From a virus (taxonomy: Duplodnaviria > Caudoviricetes): a stretch of 53,639 nt of DNA. Below the pieces are notes generated by a model, which did no database searches, was not told the DNA's origin, and saw nothing but the letters and a program-made list of their open reading frames with translations. Of the stretch, positions 39,427-51,022 are shown in pieces. The stretch is taken from positions 1 through 53,639 of IMG/VR virus record IMGVR_UViG_3300025723_000054; one strand, written 5' to 3'. How positions within the stretch are numbered: the stretch's first letter is position 1; each line of letters opens with the position of its first letter. Both the position numbers and the translations under genes were made by a program.

Positions 39427-39922
39427 GTACATGTTTTTTTGGGGCGAATTTTGTTCCCAATGGTACACCGCTAAGATGGTAATAGATGGTATTGAGTATA
39501 ATACCTGTGAACAGTATATGATGCATCAGAAGGCTCTATTGTTCAAGGATAATGAAATTGCTGCTAAGATAATGGCAACAAAAAATCCTGAACAACAAAA
39601 AGCCCTTGGTAGGCAAATAAAGAACTTTGACAGAGCTAAATGGGATAAACATTGTTTGGCCATTGTATATAAGGGTAATTTAGCTAAGTTCACACAAAAC
39701 GAAGACTTAAAGGAATTGTTACTTGCTACTGGCGATAGACTTATCGTTGAAGCAAGTCCAGTTGATTTCATTTGGGGTATTGGTTTAAGTGAACGAAGCG
39801 AATCTGCTAAGGACCCAGCTAACTGGATGGGTACCAATCTATTAGGTTGGGCGATAACACTTGTTAAACACGAATTAAAAAACATTGAAAATGGCAAAGA
39901 CAACAGTAACAACGACAATTGA
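39410..39922 (+). CDS. NADAR family protein (YbiA-like)
   Basis: SQWY, EQYMMHQKA..F.D, KALGR, KFTQN, EASPVDFIWGIG and GTNLLG motifs. Confidence 0.9.
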   Translation: MVTTNKYMFFWGEFCSQWYTAKMVIDGIEYNTCEQYMMHQKALLFKDNEIAAKIMATKNPEQQKALGRQIKNFDRAKWDKHCLAIVYKGNLAKFTQNEDLKELLLATGDRLIVEASPVDFIWGIGLSERSESAKDPANWMGTNLLGWAITLVKHELKNIENGKDNSNNDN

Positions 39923-40970
39923 GTTAACACCTGAGCAGTTAACTAAGTTAATAAAAAACTTCTTCAAAGAGAAAAAAGGAATTGATGTAACCAATGTTAA
40001 CTATAGGGTTAGTGACACATCAGATGACCGTTTTGGCGGTTCACCAAGTTATAATCTATCTAAGATAGAAGTCATTAACGAAACAAATCAAGATACTATA
40101 CTGTGACACATATTCAATTAGAAATTCTGGAAGGTAATTATTGGGAACATTTTAAATTTGCTAAAGATTTAGCACTAATATTTCCAGTTGATGACCCAAA
40201 AAGAAAGAAAATTGAAGTTGAAATGAATAGTATGTTAGATAAAATCAATGAAATTAAAAAGAAACTTGGTGATTTGAAATAAAACACCTATATTTGCATT
40301 CTAAAAATAATTCATTATGCGTTCATTTATTAAATGGTATCTAATAATCTCCCCGATTATTCTAGTTTTAATGTTAACAATTATGTGTCTACATTTTAAC
40401 ATACCAACAAGGTTGGAATTAGAATTATTCGTTTGTTTTACGTTAGTATTCTGTATTGTTTCAATAGTTTTCTTAGCGGTTTTTATGACAGACCCAAGAC
40501 TTAGTGAGGTTTGGTTTAATACAACAGAAGAACTGGAAAAAAAGATAACCGAAGTTGATACTTTAAAGAAGAAAATTATACAAATTGAATCAATAATTGG
40601 TGAACATGAGGCAATCAAATTTTATCACGCAAATAATAATGAAGCATAATGGAAACAAATACACTAGTAAGGCATAAAAAGCTTAAGACACTCGGTATTG
40701 GTTGTGTATCTAAAGTTCTAAAGAACTCGTTAAAGGTTAACTTTGGTCTTGATGATACAATGACAACGAAAGAGTCTCAGTTAGAAATTGTTGATGTTAG
40801 TAATACTGGCACTATTACGTTTCAAGAATATCGCTCAAGAATCTTGGACGATAAATCAACACTTGAGTTCGCCATTCTTGGTAATGAGTTAAAACACTTT
40901 GTTGGTATTGGTTGGATAACTTATAGGGTTGTCACTGAAAAAGATTTAAAGAACTATAAAAGAGTAATTC

Positions 40971-42200
40971 ATGAATAAGCTTAGAAATATTGCAATTATA
41001 GGTGGTGGTACATTCCAACCTATTCGTAATCATTTAGCTTTGGCTGCTCCAGCTTTTGGAACAACCGCAAGGAAGATAAGTGATTATATGGAATATAAAA
41101 CTAATCGGTCACTTCTTTATCTTACAAAGATGGCTTATCCACAATCTGGATTAATAACAAATGAAGATGTTGAACTATTAATTGATAATTTGCTGGAAGA
41201 TGAGGACCTTGGCACCATAATTCTTAATGTTGCCTTTTGTGATTATAAAGCAAAGCCAATTGATGGTATTGAAAATGATTGGCATGGTGAACGATTACAA
41301 ACTGCCGATGGTGATTTAACAATTGAGTTAACACCTACTGAGAAGATAATCAAAAAAATACGTATTAAGAGGCCCGACATTTTCCTTGTTGGGTTTAAGA
41401 CAACAACTAATAAGACTTCGGAAGAACAGTTCCTATTGGGGCTTAAAATGATGAAATCTGTTAAGTGTAATTTGGTTCTTGCTAACGACACTGTTACTAG
41501 AAATAATATGATATTAACTGCCGAAGAAACAATCTACGGTGAAACAACTGACCGTGATGCTGTTCTTAAGGAATTAGTTGACATTACATTGATGAGGTGT
41601 GACCTTACTTATAATCCATCGGATTTTATTGTAGCGGAATCGGCTAGTATTAAAAATACTCCAAGACCTTTTCAAGATGCAATTCAGTTTTTGATTGATA
41701 ATGGTGGGTTTATTGAAAACAACAGTAATGGCTTCACACCTGGTCATTTTTGCTGGCGCAATGGTCAATACTCCTTCCTATCCTCACAACGTAAAGCCAA
41801 TCATAACTTAGTTTTCACCGAGGGTATGAGCCAAGTATCAGTTTCACTTGATGAAAAGTTTAATGATGTCTTTACGGTATACGGTAAGAGAAAAGCATCG
41901 GTTGGTGCTAGAAGTCAATGGATGATATTACAGAGATTTCCTGAGTATGATTGTATTATACATACACATAATCCGTTAAAGGAAGGTAGTAAAATACCAA
42001 TTACGCCACAGAAGCCATTTCAATGCGGAAGCTTGGAATGTGGTATAAATACTGTTGACCACATGGGTGATTTTGGTAGTATAAAGGCCGTGTATCTTGA
42101 TAAACATGGTGCTAATATCTTATTTAAGAGTACTGATAATGTATCTGGAATAATTAATTTTATCAAGGAAAACATTGAATTGGGTATTAAAGTAAAATAA
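40971..42200 (+). CDS. CoaB/Dfp-like domain fused to a class II aldolase-like domain
   Basis: GGGT..PIR, AFCDY, KII..IR...DIFLVGFK and LVLAND motifs; C-terminal IIHTH and HG. Confidence 0.65.
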   Translation: MNKLRNIAIIGGGTFQPIRNHLALAAPAFGTTARKISDYMEYKTNRSLLYLTKMAYPQSGLITNEDVELLIDNLLEDEDLGTIILNVAFCDYKAKPIDGIENDWHGERLQTADGDLTIELTPTEKIIKKIRIKRPDIFLVGFKTTTNKTSEEQFLLGLKMMKSVKCNLVLANDTVTRNNMILTAEETIYGETTDRDAVLKELVDITLMRCDLTYNPSDFIVAESASIKNTPRPFQDAIQFLIDNGGFIENNSNGFTPGHFCWRNGQYSFLSSQRKANHNLVFTEGMSQVSVSLDEKFNDVFTVYGKRKASVGARSQWMILQRFPEYDCIIHTHNPLKEGSKIPITPQKPFQCGSLECGINTVDHMGDFGSIKAVYLDKHGANILFKSTDNVSGIINFIKENIELGIKVK

Positions 42201-42654
42201 TTTTATGATATATTTTTATATAATTTTATCTTGGTTATTATTAGCTAAGATTGTTTTTGATAAACAAACAGATTGTAATAAAAAGTTTAAGAGTACTGGA
42301 ATAAGTATAGCTGATGAAGCTAATTTAAATTTTAATGCTTGGTTAGTTGCAATATTTGCACCTATTAGCATAGTATTTTACGCTATAAAAATGATTTTTT
42401 TTAAACCTTGGAAATAATAAATTATGACAGCTGAACAAATTTTTGGGTTAATTGCGTGGTTACTTTTAGCTTATATAGTTTATTTTAAACAATTGAAAGC
42501 TACTTGGGAAAAGTCATTGTTTGTTTATAGTAATGCTAAAGGTATTGCATTTGTCCTTGCGATAGCTGCACCATTAACATTGGTAATATACGCAATTAGA
42601 GTAGTTTTTTTTGAGGATTGGGGATAATCTTGTATATTTGTAAAAAGTTTAAAG

Positions 42655-42996
42655 ATGATATTAATTAGTTCACCATATAGTCACCCAGATGTGACTGTTA
42701 AGATAAAGCGTGTTGAAAGGCTTGCTAAGTATATTGATGCCGAGATAAAGAAGGGTAATTTTGTGTTTTCGCCAGTACTATACGGTTTAACTGTATTGAA
42801 GTATGTTGACGGTAAGGATGATTGGCCGACATGGAAAGCTTTTTGTGAAAATGCCATATTGTCATCTAAAGAATTATGGGTTCTTAAGTTTGATGGTTGG
42901 GATAAATCAGCTGGTGTAAGCGGTGAAATACTATTTGCTACGCTTAATAAGATTCCTATTAAATACATTGATATTGAAGACGATGAAAAAATTTGA
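42655..42996 (+). CDS. DUF1937-like (nucleoside deoxyribosyltransferase fold) protein
   Basis: SSPYSHPD, VFSPV and DGWDKSAGVSGEI motifs. Confidence 0.75.
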   Translation: MILISSPYSHPDVTVKIKRVERLAKYIDAEIKKGNFVFSPVLYGLTVLKYVDGKDDWPTWKAFCENAILSSKELWVLKFDGWDKSAGVSGEILFATLNKIPIKYIDIEDDEKI

Positions 42997-43834
42997 GGTA
43001 CATATAACAGGCGATGAAACTATCAATGCTGAGTTAGATAAGTTAGGTATAAAGAATATCATGGTGGAATTGCTTCGCCGTGATTTGTCTGTTATAAGAA
43101 CTGAATATATGAGTTCATTCGTTATTGATTTTGAACGTTATGAGGAATGCTATGACTTTGTAAATAAACTTGCGTCTAATTTAAACGCAACTGTTTTACG
43201 TATAAAGATTGAATGTCCTGTTTATCTTGAATATATAGAGCGAAGCGTTTACATCGAAGCTCATTTCAAGGCCGATGGTTCCAACGTTAAATATCCATTA
43301 AGTAGGAACGTTAGGTCTGGTAAGTTAATAGGTACTGATAGGTCATATTCTAAAGAAGAGTACAATACCTTTATTGAGAAATGGAAAGCACATGAGGTAG
43401 AACTCTGTCTCTTCGATGATTTTATACGGGAAGACTTTGATTGGTTTAATGAATATAAGCATATTCCAGTATCTACAGGGATTAAGTTTTTAGATAATAT
43501 TTTAAAGGATGGTATTCCGAAAGAGTACTTAACTATGATTGGTCCGATTGGTGTTGGTAAATCGAACTCAGTAATGGATATAATGAGGCTAACAGCTAAA
43601 ACAACTGGTTATCATGTTGTTGCACCTAATAGTTTTGAGGAGTTAGAAAAAGAAGTCATTCGATGTCATTTAGCTGCGGAAGAGAATAGGCGAGCTGGGT
43701 TTATTCCAGTAATTGTTGATTATCAATCAAGATTAAGTGATAGAAAACCTTCAGATGAGGAAAAAACTCTTATTGATAATTTAAGTAAGAGTCTATCAAC
43801 AAAATTTAAGGACATTAAATTATTAAAAGAATGA
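42983..43834 (+). CDS. hypothetical protein with C-terminal RecA/DnaB-like fragment
   Basis: FEVHIT and RIKIE N-domain; STGIKFLDNIL..G....GPIGVGKS. Confidence 0.55.
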   Translation: MKKFEVHITGDETINAELDKLGIKNIMVELLRRDLSVIRTEYMSSFVIDFERYEECYDFVNKLASNLNATVLRIKIECPVYLEYIERSVYIEAHFKADGSNVKYPLSRNVRSGKLIGTDRSYSKEEYNTFIEKWKAHEVELCLFDDFIREDFDWFNEYKHIPVSTGIKFLDNILKDGIPKEYLTMIGPIGVGKSNSVMDIMRLTAKTTGYHVVAPNSFEELEKEVIRCHLAAEENRRAGFIPVIVDYQSRLSDRKPSDEEKTLIDNLSKSLSTKFKDIKLLKE

Positions 43835-46800
43835 GAGATTTAATCGGGTTAACTTTGATAATCATATCATTAGTACTTACGTTTACCTTTATAAGTAATA
43901 CATCAAATGATAGGTTTTGGCATAATCGGCCATATAAGTTAATTGAGAAAAATGAAGGGTTTCATCAATCAAAGGGTGAATATTATGCTGATTATTATTT
44001 TACTGTGAAGTATAATGATGACCCACACACTCTTTGGACTACATCTGTATCTGGTTCAAAGTACTTTTCACAACACGTTAATCAAACGTATAATGAGCGA
44101 ATTGAAACCAAATATTTTTATTTTGGTATGCTATATATTATACTATTATTAATTATTGGTTGTATCATTATAATGATTTAATTTTTTATTCAAAACAAAT
44201 TTCCTATCTTTGCAGAAATAAAACATAAAGTTATGAAATCAGTTTGTTTTGCGTATTTCGCCGATGGTAAATTTATAGGTTGGTACGGTGGTACCTTTGG
44301 TCCTGTATCAGACTCCCCTAAAGTATATTCGTCTCTTGAGTCTATGAGAGCGACTATAACTAAAAATCTTTCACATAAACTAAAAAAGATAAATGAAACT
44401 TCATTCGATGAAGCTAAAGGAACAGCTACTGGTTTAGCTGCATTTGGTCTATTAGAGTTTAGTGGTGAGGATGAACTTCGTGGTAAAGATGTTGAGTTGA
44501 GAGTTGTTGAATGCCCTGAATATGATGGCCCAAATCCAGATTTTGATGAAGAAGAATTTGATAAGTTATCAAAGGCTCATACAGTTTTAGTATTAGAACA
44601 TTTGAAAAGTCTTGGAATATCAACTGATGGTCATTCACCTGAACGTACAAAAGCGGTAATAGATTTTACTAAGCTTAATCCATCACCTAAATCTAATAAT
44701 TGGATATACTGTGATTACAATAAAGTAATAGAGTGGGCTAAAAACGAGCCAACTGAATTTATAGATGTTATAAAACCTCTTTATGGAGAACCCGTTTGAT
44801 TTAGTTAATTTTATTATACCATTGTGCTGGCTGCTTTCATGGGCAAGCATTTCATGTGTAGTTGTTTATTTTGTAAAACGTAAGAAATGACAAGAACAGA
44901 GTTTTTGATAAAGGAATTTAGGGGTTATCTCAAAAAGGATGAAACTGATATTGGGTTTATCTATCATAGGATATTTTCAATGTGTGATGATAACACATTA
45001 GGTATTGTATTGGATAGAATGTACGATAGCTTTATGGGTAAAAAGGACTATTGGTTTTATGAATTTCATAAATCAATTCGTCAAACTGACTTTTTAGAAG
45101 GTCTTTACCAGATAACTAACGTTGATAACCGTACTGAGGAACAGAAGTCTAGGCAAGATGAGTTATACAAGTCGTTGAGAGCTAAGTATGATGCTAGGCC
45201 CGATAAGGATGGTAAGTATATTTCATTAAGAGTATTTTCTTATGAGCATGGCTTAAAGGAAGAATGGGATGAATGGGCTAAGTTATCACAGATTTCACAG
45301 GGTGAGGTTAAAGAAAGTATTAGCGGTGCTATTGATGCTATTTTACATACCATAATTAATATGGATGTTGATGGTGTATTGGAAAGACTTCTTCGTATTA
45401 CGTTTAGAATGTATCAAGCTGAAGTTGAAGATAAAATTATAAAAGAATAATTATGCCATTTGTACATTTAGTTACTAATAGTCTTAATCATCATAAATCC
45501 GATGATAATAATGACCCTGATAATAGGTTAGGTGGAATTATGCTTGCAATAGCATTCGTATTATTTGTTTATTTTTGCGTTAATACATAATGTTATGCCA
45601 TGCACTAAATCAAAGTTTCCTAGTAAGCGAGCAGTAAATACTAAGGTTAATGTCTTGGTTAAGGCTGGCCACTGGAATAAGAAAGATAAGACAAATAGGG
45701 TGTATTACTGTGAAGAATGCCAATCTTGGCATATGACATCACTTGCTGAATACAACCCAACAGTTAAGCCGTTAGACGTTGTTGTAATGTTTAAAGAACG
45801 TTGGAATAATTTATTCAAAAAAAATTAGGCAATTTAAAAAGTTTTGACTATATTTGCATTTCAAATTATTAACAATAAAACAAAGAAAATGAGTACAGAA
45901 AATGAAAATGGCCAAGGCCAAGAGCAGCAACAAGATGCTGGTAAAGTTGAGAAACAGTTTAATGAAGTCTTAACTAAGATTAGGAGCATTCTTGGTGGCG
46001 ACAGCGATTCGTTACTACACCCAAAAAAGAAAGTTAAGGGTGATGTGTTTAGCGAAATCGTTGGTGAACTAACCAAAGAAACGGTTGAAAAAAACCGTGC
46101 TGAGGTTAAGGAAGAGTTAGGTACACTCTTAAAAAAGTATGTTGAATTGCAATCTGAAATCTCTAAGAAAGAGGAAGAATTGAAAAAGCTTAAGCAAACT
46201 AAACAAAAAGAGTTTACTGAGGCTGCGAAGAAATTCTTCAACAAGATTGAAAATGTTTACGACTTGGCTAAGAAAATGGTTGAAGCTTTGAAAGAGGCAA
46301 CAAGTAATTCTTCTGAAACAGAAGTAAAGTAAAAAAAAATATCGGTATGTTAATGAAACAAATTATGCCCGATGAAAACAATAGTAATTCTCAAGCTGAC
46401 CGCATTAGGCGGTCACTTGAGGACACTATTAGAGAAACAAATCGGGTTGCGGCAAGATGGGCATCAGACATTAATAAGTCACCAGCTGGTAAGCGAGGTA
46501 AACTAATGATAACTGTTGATGATGTGAGAAGTGTCTTCAACGGCTTTTTTAAAAAAATGCTTAAGCATCATATTTGTGATGATATTGAAGCAACAAGATT
46601 TATGTCTTGGAATAAGCCACATATTAGGTTAAATGAAGATACATTACAAATCATTAGCGTTGAATTTTTACAGATGAGAGATTCTGACCATAAGTTCAAG
46701 CCAATGATTACTAAAGCACTATCAGAAATTGTGCTACCAACGCTTCATTATAAAATTGAGGATGAAGCTAAGGCCGAAATTCAAAAACCTCTTGAGGTTA

Positions 46801-47341
46801 CCAACATTAGCTTTGATTCAATAACTAACATAAAGTTTTAATCATGAATGAATTTTTTACATATGACCCCGATAAAGCTGATGAAATAAGGGTTGAGGGT
46901 CAAAAGAATCTTCAAGAGTTAATGGAAGCAATCAAACCATTAAGATTGGAGCCTTGGTCTGATATTTCAAGAAAAAGCACCGATAAAGAAATTGAAGCTG
47001 GATTATTGAAGCGTAAGATTGATTGGTATGAAATATTCAATAAGTACTATGCTGAACATGACCCAGCGCAAATTAGTATACAAACGTTAACCCAATGGTT
47101 AATGAAAAATTATCAACCGCCACATAAGATAGTATGAGTAATCCAAATAATAATAGCTATGACGGAATAGTCATAAAGTATAATGGTGGACTTGGGGCAA
47201 TCCTTTGTTCGTCATGTAGGGTTATTATTAAAACTGGAAAGGATTTTACTGAGGAAGAATCCGCCTATTCTAGGGGTGAAATAAAGGAACGTTTAGAAGC
47301 AAGGTATTGTGATAAATGTCAAGAAGAATTAAACAAGAAAA

Positions 47342-48088
47342 ATGAGAGAGAAAATGATACTGAATAAAATATTAATAACACTGTTATTATCACTTTTAAT
47401 GATGATGTCTTATGGTCAATTTAGAACCAATACATCGTTAGGTGGAAATTATAATAATGGTAATTCTGGTTTGTTTTTAACAACTCTTCAATCAGATATT
47501 CAGTTTGATTCTACTAAATTTCATCCATCAATACAACCCTATTTTTGCTATAGCCAAGTTAAGTCTGGCGGTGAATGGGTTACTAAACAACGTGAAAGCT
47601 ATCTAGCCACATCACTTTATACCAAATATAATGGTTACAACCTATATCTCTTTACTGATGTTGAAAATTCATTAGTTAAACAATTTAACATAAAGGCATC
47701 AGTTGGCTTTGGTATTGGAAAGTACTTAAACTTTAAAAACTCATTTTTATCAACATCTATAGCTTTAATGCCTGAGTATTATTCATCGTTCACAAATATG
47801 ACCGAAAAATCACTTAGATTATCATTAAGGTTACATTATAACGCAAGCGGTAAAGTCAATTTTAATACCGTTACATTAGTTCAGCCAGCAATATTAATGG
47901 ACCCATTTATTGGTTATGGAAATAATTTTAACTTTAGGTCAACTAATAGTTTATCTTATCCAATAACTAATAGTCTATCTATTGGTTGCCAAGTATTAGT
48001 GGCGACTTCAACGCTTTCTACGTATACAGTACCTACATTAAAGGCTACTGATTTAACAACATCTTTCATTATAATTTACAAGCGATAG
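47342..48088 (+). CDS. putative outer-membrane beta-barrel protein (DUF481-like)
   Basis: Signal peptide; alternating amphipathic beta pattern; terminal strand with aromatic residue. Confidence 0.6.
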   Translation: MREKMILNKILITLLLSLLMMMSYGQFRTNTSLGGNYNNGNSGLFLTTLQSDIQFDSTKFHPSIQPYFCYSQVKSGGEWVTKQRESYLATSLYTKYNGYNLYLFTDVENSLVKQFNIKASVGFGIGKYLNFKNSFLSTSIALMPEYYSSFTNMTEKSLRLSLRLHYNASGKVNFNTVTLVQPAILMDPFIGYGNNFNFRSTNSLSYPITNSLSIGCQVLVATSTLSTYTVPTLKATDLTTSFIIIYKR

Positions 48089-48089
48089 T

Positions 48090-50381
48090 ATGGCAAAATT
48101 AACTAGTTTTCCAAGCACTGGATGCTGTAATTCAACTGATAAACGTTTATTAGATTTCTTAATTGAACGTAATAACGGTAAAAGTGTAAAACTTGAGGGT
48201 CGAAAATCAGTTGGATGGAATAATAACTCATATTGGCCAGTAGCAAATATTGACAATAGTACTAAACCTAGATATGAACTAAAAGATTTGTTACCGTTTC
48301 TTGGTGATAATTCTGATATTTCTAAATTTCAACCCTTTAAAATACATGATGAGATTGAGATTGGAACTAGAGTAATAGCTATTAAAAATGATTCAGTTGA
48401 TGATGATTATCTAGTTGGTGATAAAGGTTTAGTTACTAGGGATATTCGTGATTCCATCGTTGAGGTAAAGTTTGATAAGGATATTGAACCAAAAACAGCG
48501 TTTAAATATCATTTAGCGTTATTACCAGAGCATGAAGAGGAAGCTTTAGTTGATGAAGATTCAGAATCTGTTGAAATTAAAAATATTAATTATATGGGTT
48601 ATACTCCGTTAAAAGAAAAGCCTAGAAAAAATAAAAGAGTTATTTGTTTACAAGATTCAACATCTTCTAATGAATATAAATGTGGTTGGATAGGAACTGT
48701 AATGGAAGATAATGAGGCAGCACCAACTGTTAATTGGGATAATGGTATAAAATCAATAGTTTATTATACAAATTTAGCATATGTTACACTTAAAACACAT
48801 AATATGATGAATGGTGAAGTTTATATGCTAAAGGATAGTGATGGATTTTGGTTGTTATTTAAGGTTAATGATAACTCTTTAGTTCCTAATACTGATGAAG
48901 AGACAATTAAAAGCGTTTCAGGAATTAATTCAAGAGGTAAATATAGACATGATTCTGTTCTACCTATTCGTAATAGAACAATTAATAAAGCTACTAATTT
49001 TCAGCGTGATTGGGTAGAGCATTGTATCGAAAAAGGTGAATTTGTAAGTGAAGTTGATTATGGCCGTATAAATATTGAACAACGGGAGATAAATGAATTA
49101 ATAGACAAAGCACATGATAAATACCCAATTGGTACATATGTAAAGTCATTATTTCATACCAATAATCCAATACTTAAAATAACTAGTGAGGTTTTTAGTT
49201 ACTACGCTGAACAAAAAAGAGTTGCAGGTATTGGTGAGACTAGTTTTTTACCCGTTGTATACTTAGATGGTAAATGGGCTGAAATTGTTGACGAAAGAGA
49301 ATTTAAAGCTGAGCAGTTGTTAATTGAAGCTAAAAGGCGTTATCCTGTTGGTAGTAAGGTATGTCCAGCGCATCTTGGTAAAGGGCCTTATTATATGATT
49401 ATCACTGAGGATTGTATTTTTAAAGCTACAGACTATGATGTTGTTTCCTATCTACCAAATTTTAATATTTCCTCAAATGATAGTAAATATGGTAATTCTT
49501 CTAATGCTAGGTTCATTTATTCAGATGGAAAATGGGCTGAGCTTTATGAGGAACCAACGGAATTTATTAGAGGTAAATGGTATATTGGGTTTCATCGTAT
49601 AGAAAACTTCATTTTTAAATTCGATGACCAAAAAGATAATAGATTTTATTATAGTGATATGGAAAATATTATAAGTCGTGGTGTACATTTGAGACATGGT
49701 AATTTTCTATATAGTGGTAACGATAAAGTTAGAGAAGTGACACAAGAAGAATTAGATAAATATTTAGAAGATGGTCATCCAGATAAAACTTGGGAACCTA
49801 AAGTTGGTGAAAATGCTGTCATGGTAGCAGCTGGTGGTTGGGGTTATCATCCTGATGATGATGGTTGTATTGCTACCATAACTGAAGTTTTTAAAAGTTC
49901 TTATGAAACAAGAAAATATGAAATTTCTGGTTATTTATTGAATCCTACAGTGCGTAATAGACCACCAGGCAGAGTAATTTTCGACCATGTTCCAATTTTT
50001 AGAGACAATGGTACCGTTGTGTGTCGTAAAGCTACTATTGACGATATGCTTAAAATAGTTGCAAAACCTATGACTTTTAACCCTACTTCATTTGAACCGC
50101 TATTTGATGCATCTGGCTCTATGGCTGAGAAAAAGTCAACTTTTGCTGATGTTAAATGTAATATTACAAGTCGTGAGCCGAGAGAAGATGAAATAATAAC
50201 AATGGCGGTACAAAAAAATAGGTATACACCAACACTTGATTTAAGTTCTCCTAAATCTAAGAAGGTTAAGAAGCCAGTACTTGATTTTAATGATGATTCG
50301 TTTAAGAATATGCCGTTTAATAGACCATTGGATTTAAACATAAAAAAAGAAAAAAAGAAGAAAATAAATTTGGTGTTGTAG
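48090..50381 (+). CDS. large multi-domain hypothetical protein with internal repeats
   Basis: Two A..(K/R)YP(I/V)G..V...Y.DGKWAE repeats plus SH3-like modules. Confidence 0.7.
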   Translation: MAKLTSFPSTGCCNSTDKRLLDFLIERNNGKSVKLEGRKSVGWNNNSYWPVANIDNSTKPRYELKDLLPFLGDNSDISKFQPFKIHDEIEIGTRVIAIKNDSVDDDYLVGDKGLVTRDIRDSIVEVKFDKDIEPKTAFKYHLALLPEHEEEALVDEDSESVEIKNINYMGYTPLKEKPRKNKRVICLQDSTSSNEYKCGWIGTVMEDNEAAPTVNWDNGIKSIVYYTNLAYVTLKTHNMMNGEVYMLKDSDGFWLLFKVNDNSLVPNTDEETIKSVSGINSRGKYRHDSVLPIRNRTINKATNFQRDWVEHCIEKGEFVSEVDYGRINIEQREINELIDKAHDKYPIGTYVKSLFHTNNPILKITSEVFSYYAEQKRVAGIGETSFLPVVYLDGKWAEIVDEREFKAEQLLIEAKRRYPVGSKVCPAHLGKGPYYMIITEDCIFKATDYDVVSYLPNFNISSNDSKYGNSSNARFIYSDGKWAELYEEPTEFIRGKWYIGFHRIENFIFKFDDQKDNRFYYSDMENIISRGVHLRHGNFLYSGNDKVREVTQEELDKYLEDGHPDKTWEPKVGENAVMVAAGGWGYHPDDDGCIATITEVFKSSYETRKYEISGYLLNPTVRNRPPGRVIFDHVPIFRDNGTVVCRKATIDDMLKIVAKPMTFNPTSFEPLFDASGSMAEKKSTFADVKCNITSREPREDEIITMAVQKNRYTPTLDLSSPKSKKVKKPVLDFNDDSFKNMPFNRPLDLNIKKEKKKKINLVL

Positions 50382-50432
50382 GAATAATACAGTATATTTG
50401 CATAGTAAATTAATAACAATAAAATAAAAAAA

Positions 50433-50861
50433 ATGGCAGGTAAAAGTACAGCTCAAGGAGCATTTGCAAAAAGAGTTATTGTAGCTCTTAAAGAAGGTGA
50501 TGAAAGTAAAGTACTTCGTTTTGAGACGAGACTTGGTAAGTATTTCGACAATCAAGTTGAAGACCGTGAGAAAAAGATTGAGAATTTGAGAGAGAAAATC
50601 TCTGATGCTGAAGAAGCACTTGAAGAATCAATCCTTAAGGTTGAACTATCAAGGATTATTCAGATTGAAAGTACTGATTCTTACATCCCTACTTATGTAA
50701 GTAACCTTAATAGAGGTCTTACAGTGGTTGAAGGATTTGAAGAAGAAATTGCTACTATTGAAGGCGAAATCGCTAAGCTTAAGAAGTTGAAAACTCTTAT
50801 CTTCGGTGAAGACAAGAAAGCTACTAAGGCTACTAAGGCTACCGATAGTGCAGCTGAGTAA
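50433..50861 (+). CDS. coiled-coil hypothetical protein
   Basis: Own TATATTTG promoter; E/K-rich heptads. Confidence 0.7.
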   Translation: MAGKSTAQGAFAKRVIVALKEGDESKVLRFETRLGKYFDNQVEDREKKIENLREKISDAEEALEESILKVELSRIIQIESTDSYIPTYVSNLNRGLTVVEGFEEEIATIEGEIAKLKKLKTLIFGEDKKATKATKATDSAAE

Positions 50862-51022
50862 TTGACGAATTGCTTGGTAAAATCCTGAATGTGGATTAAA
50901 CCCACATATACCGATAGGCTTCACCGAATTCGTCAGGTATAGGTGTAAGTTAAGGGGCTATGAACAAAGATAAAGTGCCCTATGAACTGGTGACGTGTGA
51001 ATTAACTATTCCAGTTATTTTT

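Larger units (their letters stand above)
2827..50400 (+). promoter_or_regulatory. dispersed Bacteroidetes-type sigma-70 promoters (-7 TAnnTTTG, often with -33 TTG/TTTG)
   Basis: Box starts at 2827, 6187, 7456, 8269, 10071, 10362, 15082, 17028, 19453, 21489, 25541, 29885, 30339, 30682, 33068, 34696, 35276, 40289, 42633, 44205, 45849, 50393; all upstream of + strand genes. Confidence 0.85.

Noticed and set aside
15079-45888. ORF-track N-termini such as MYICTM, MYICITIK, MSYICYM and MTIFAF
   Set aside because: These translate the TATATTTG promoter box; true starts are the next ATG (15094, 19483, 33079, 45889).
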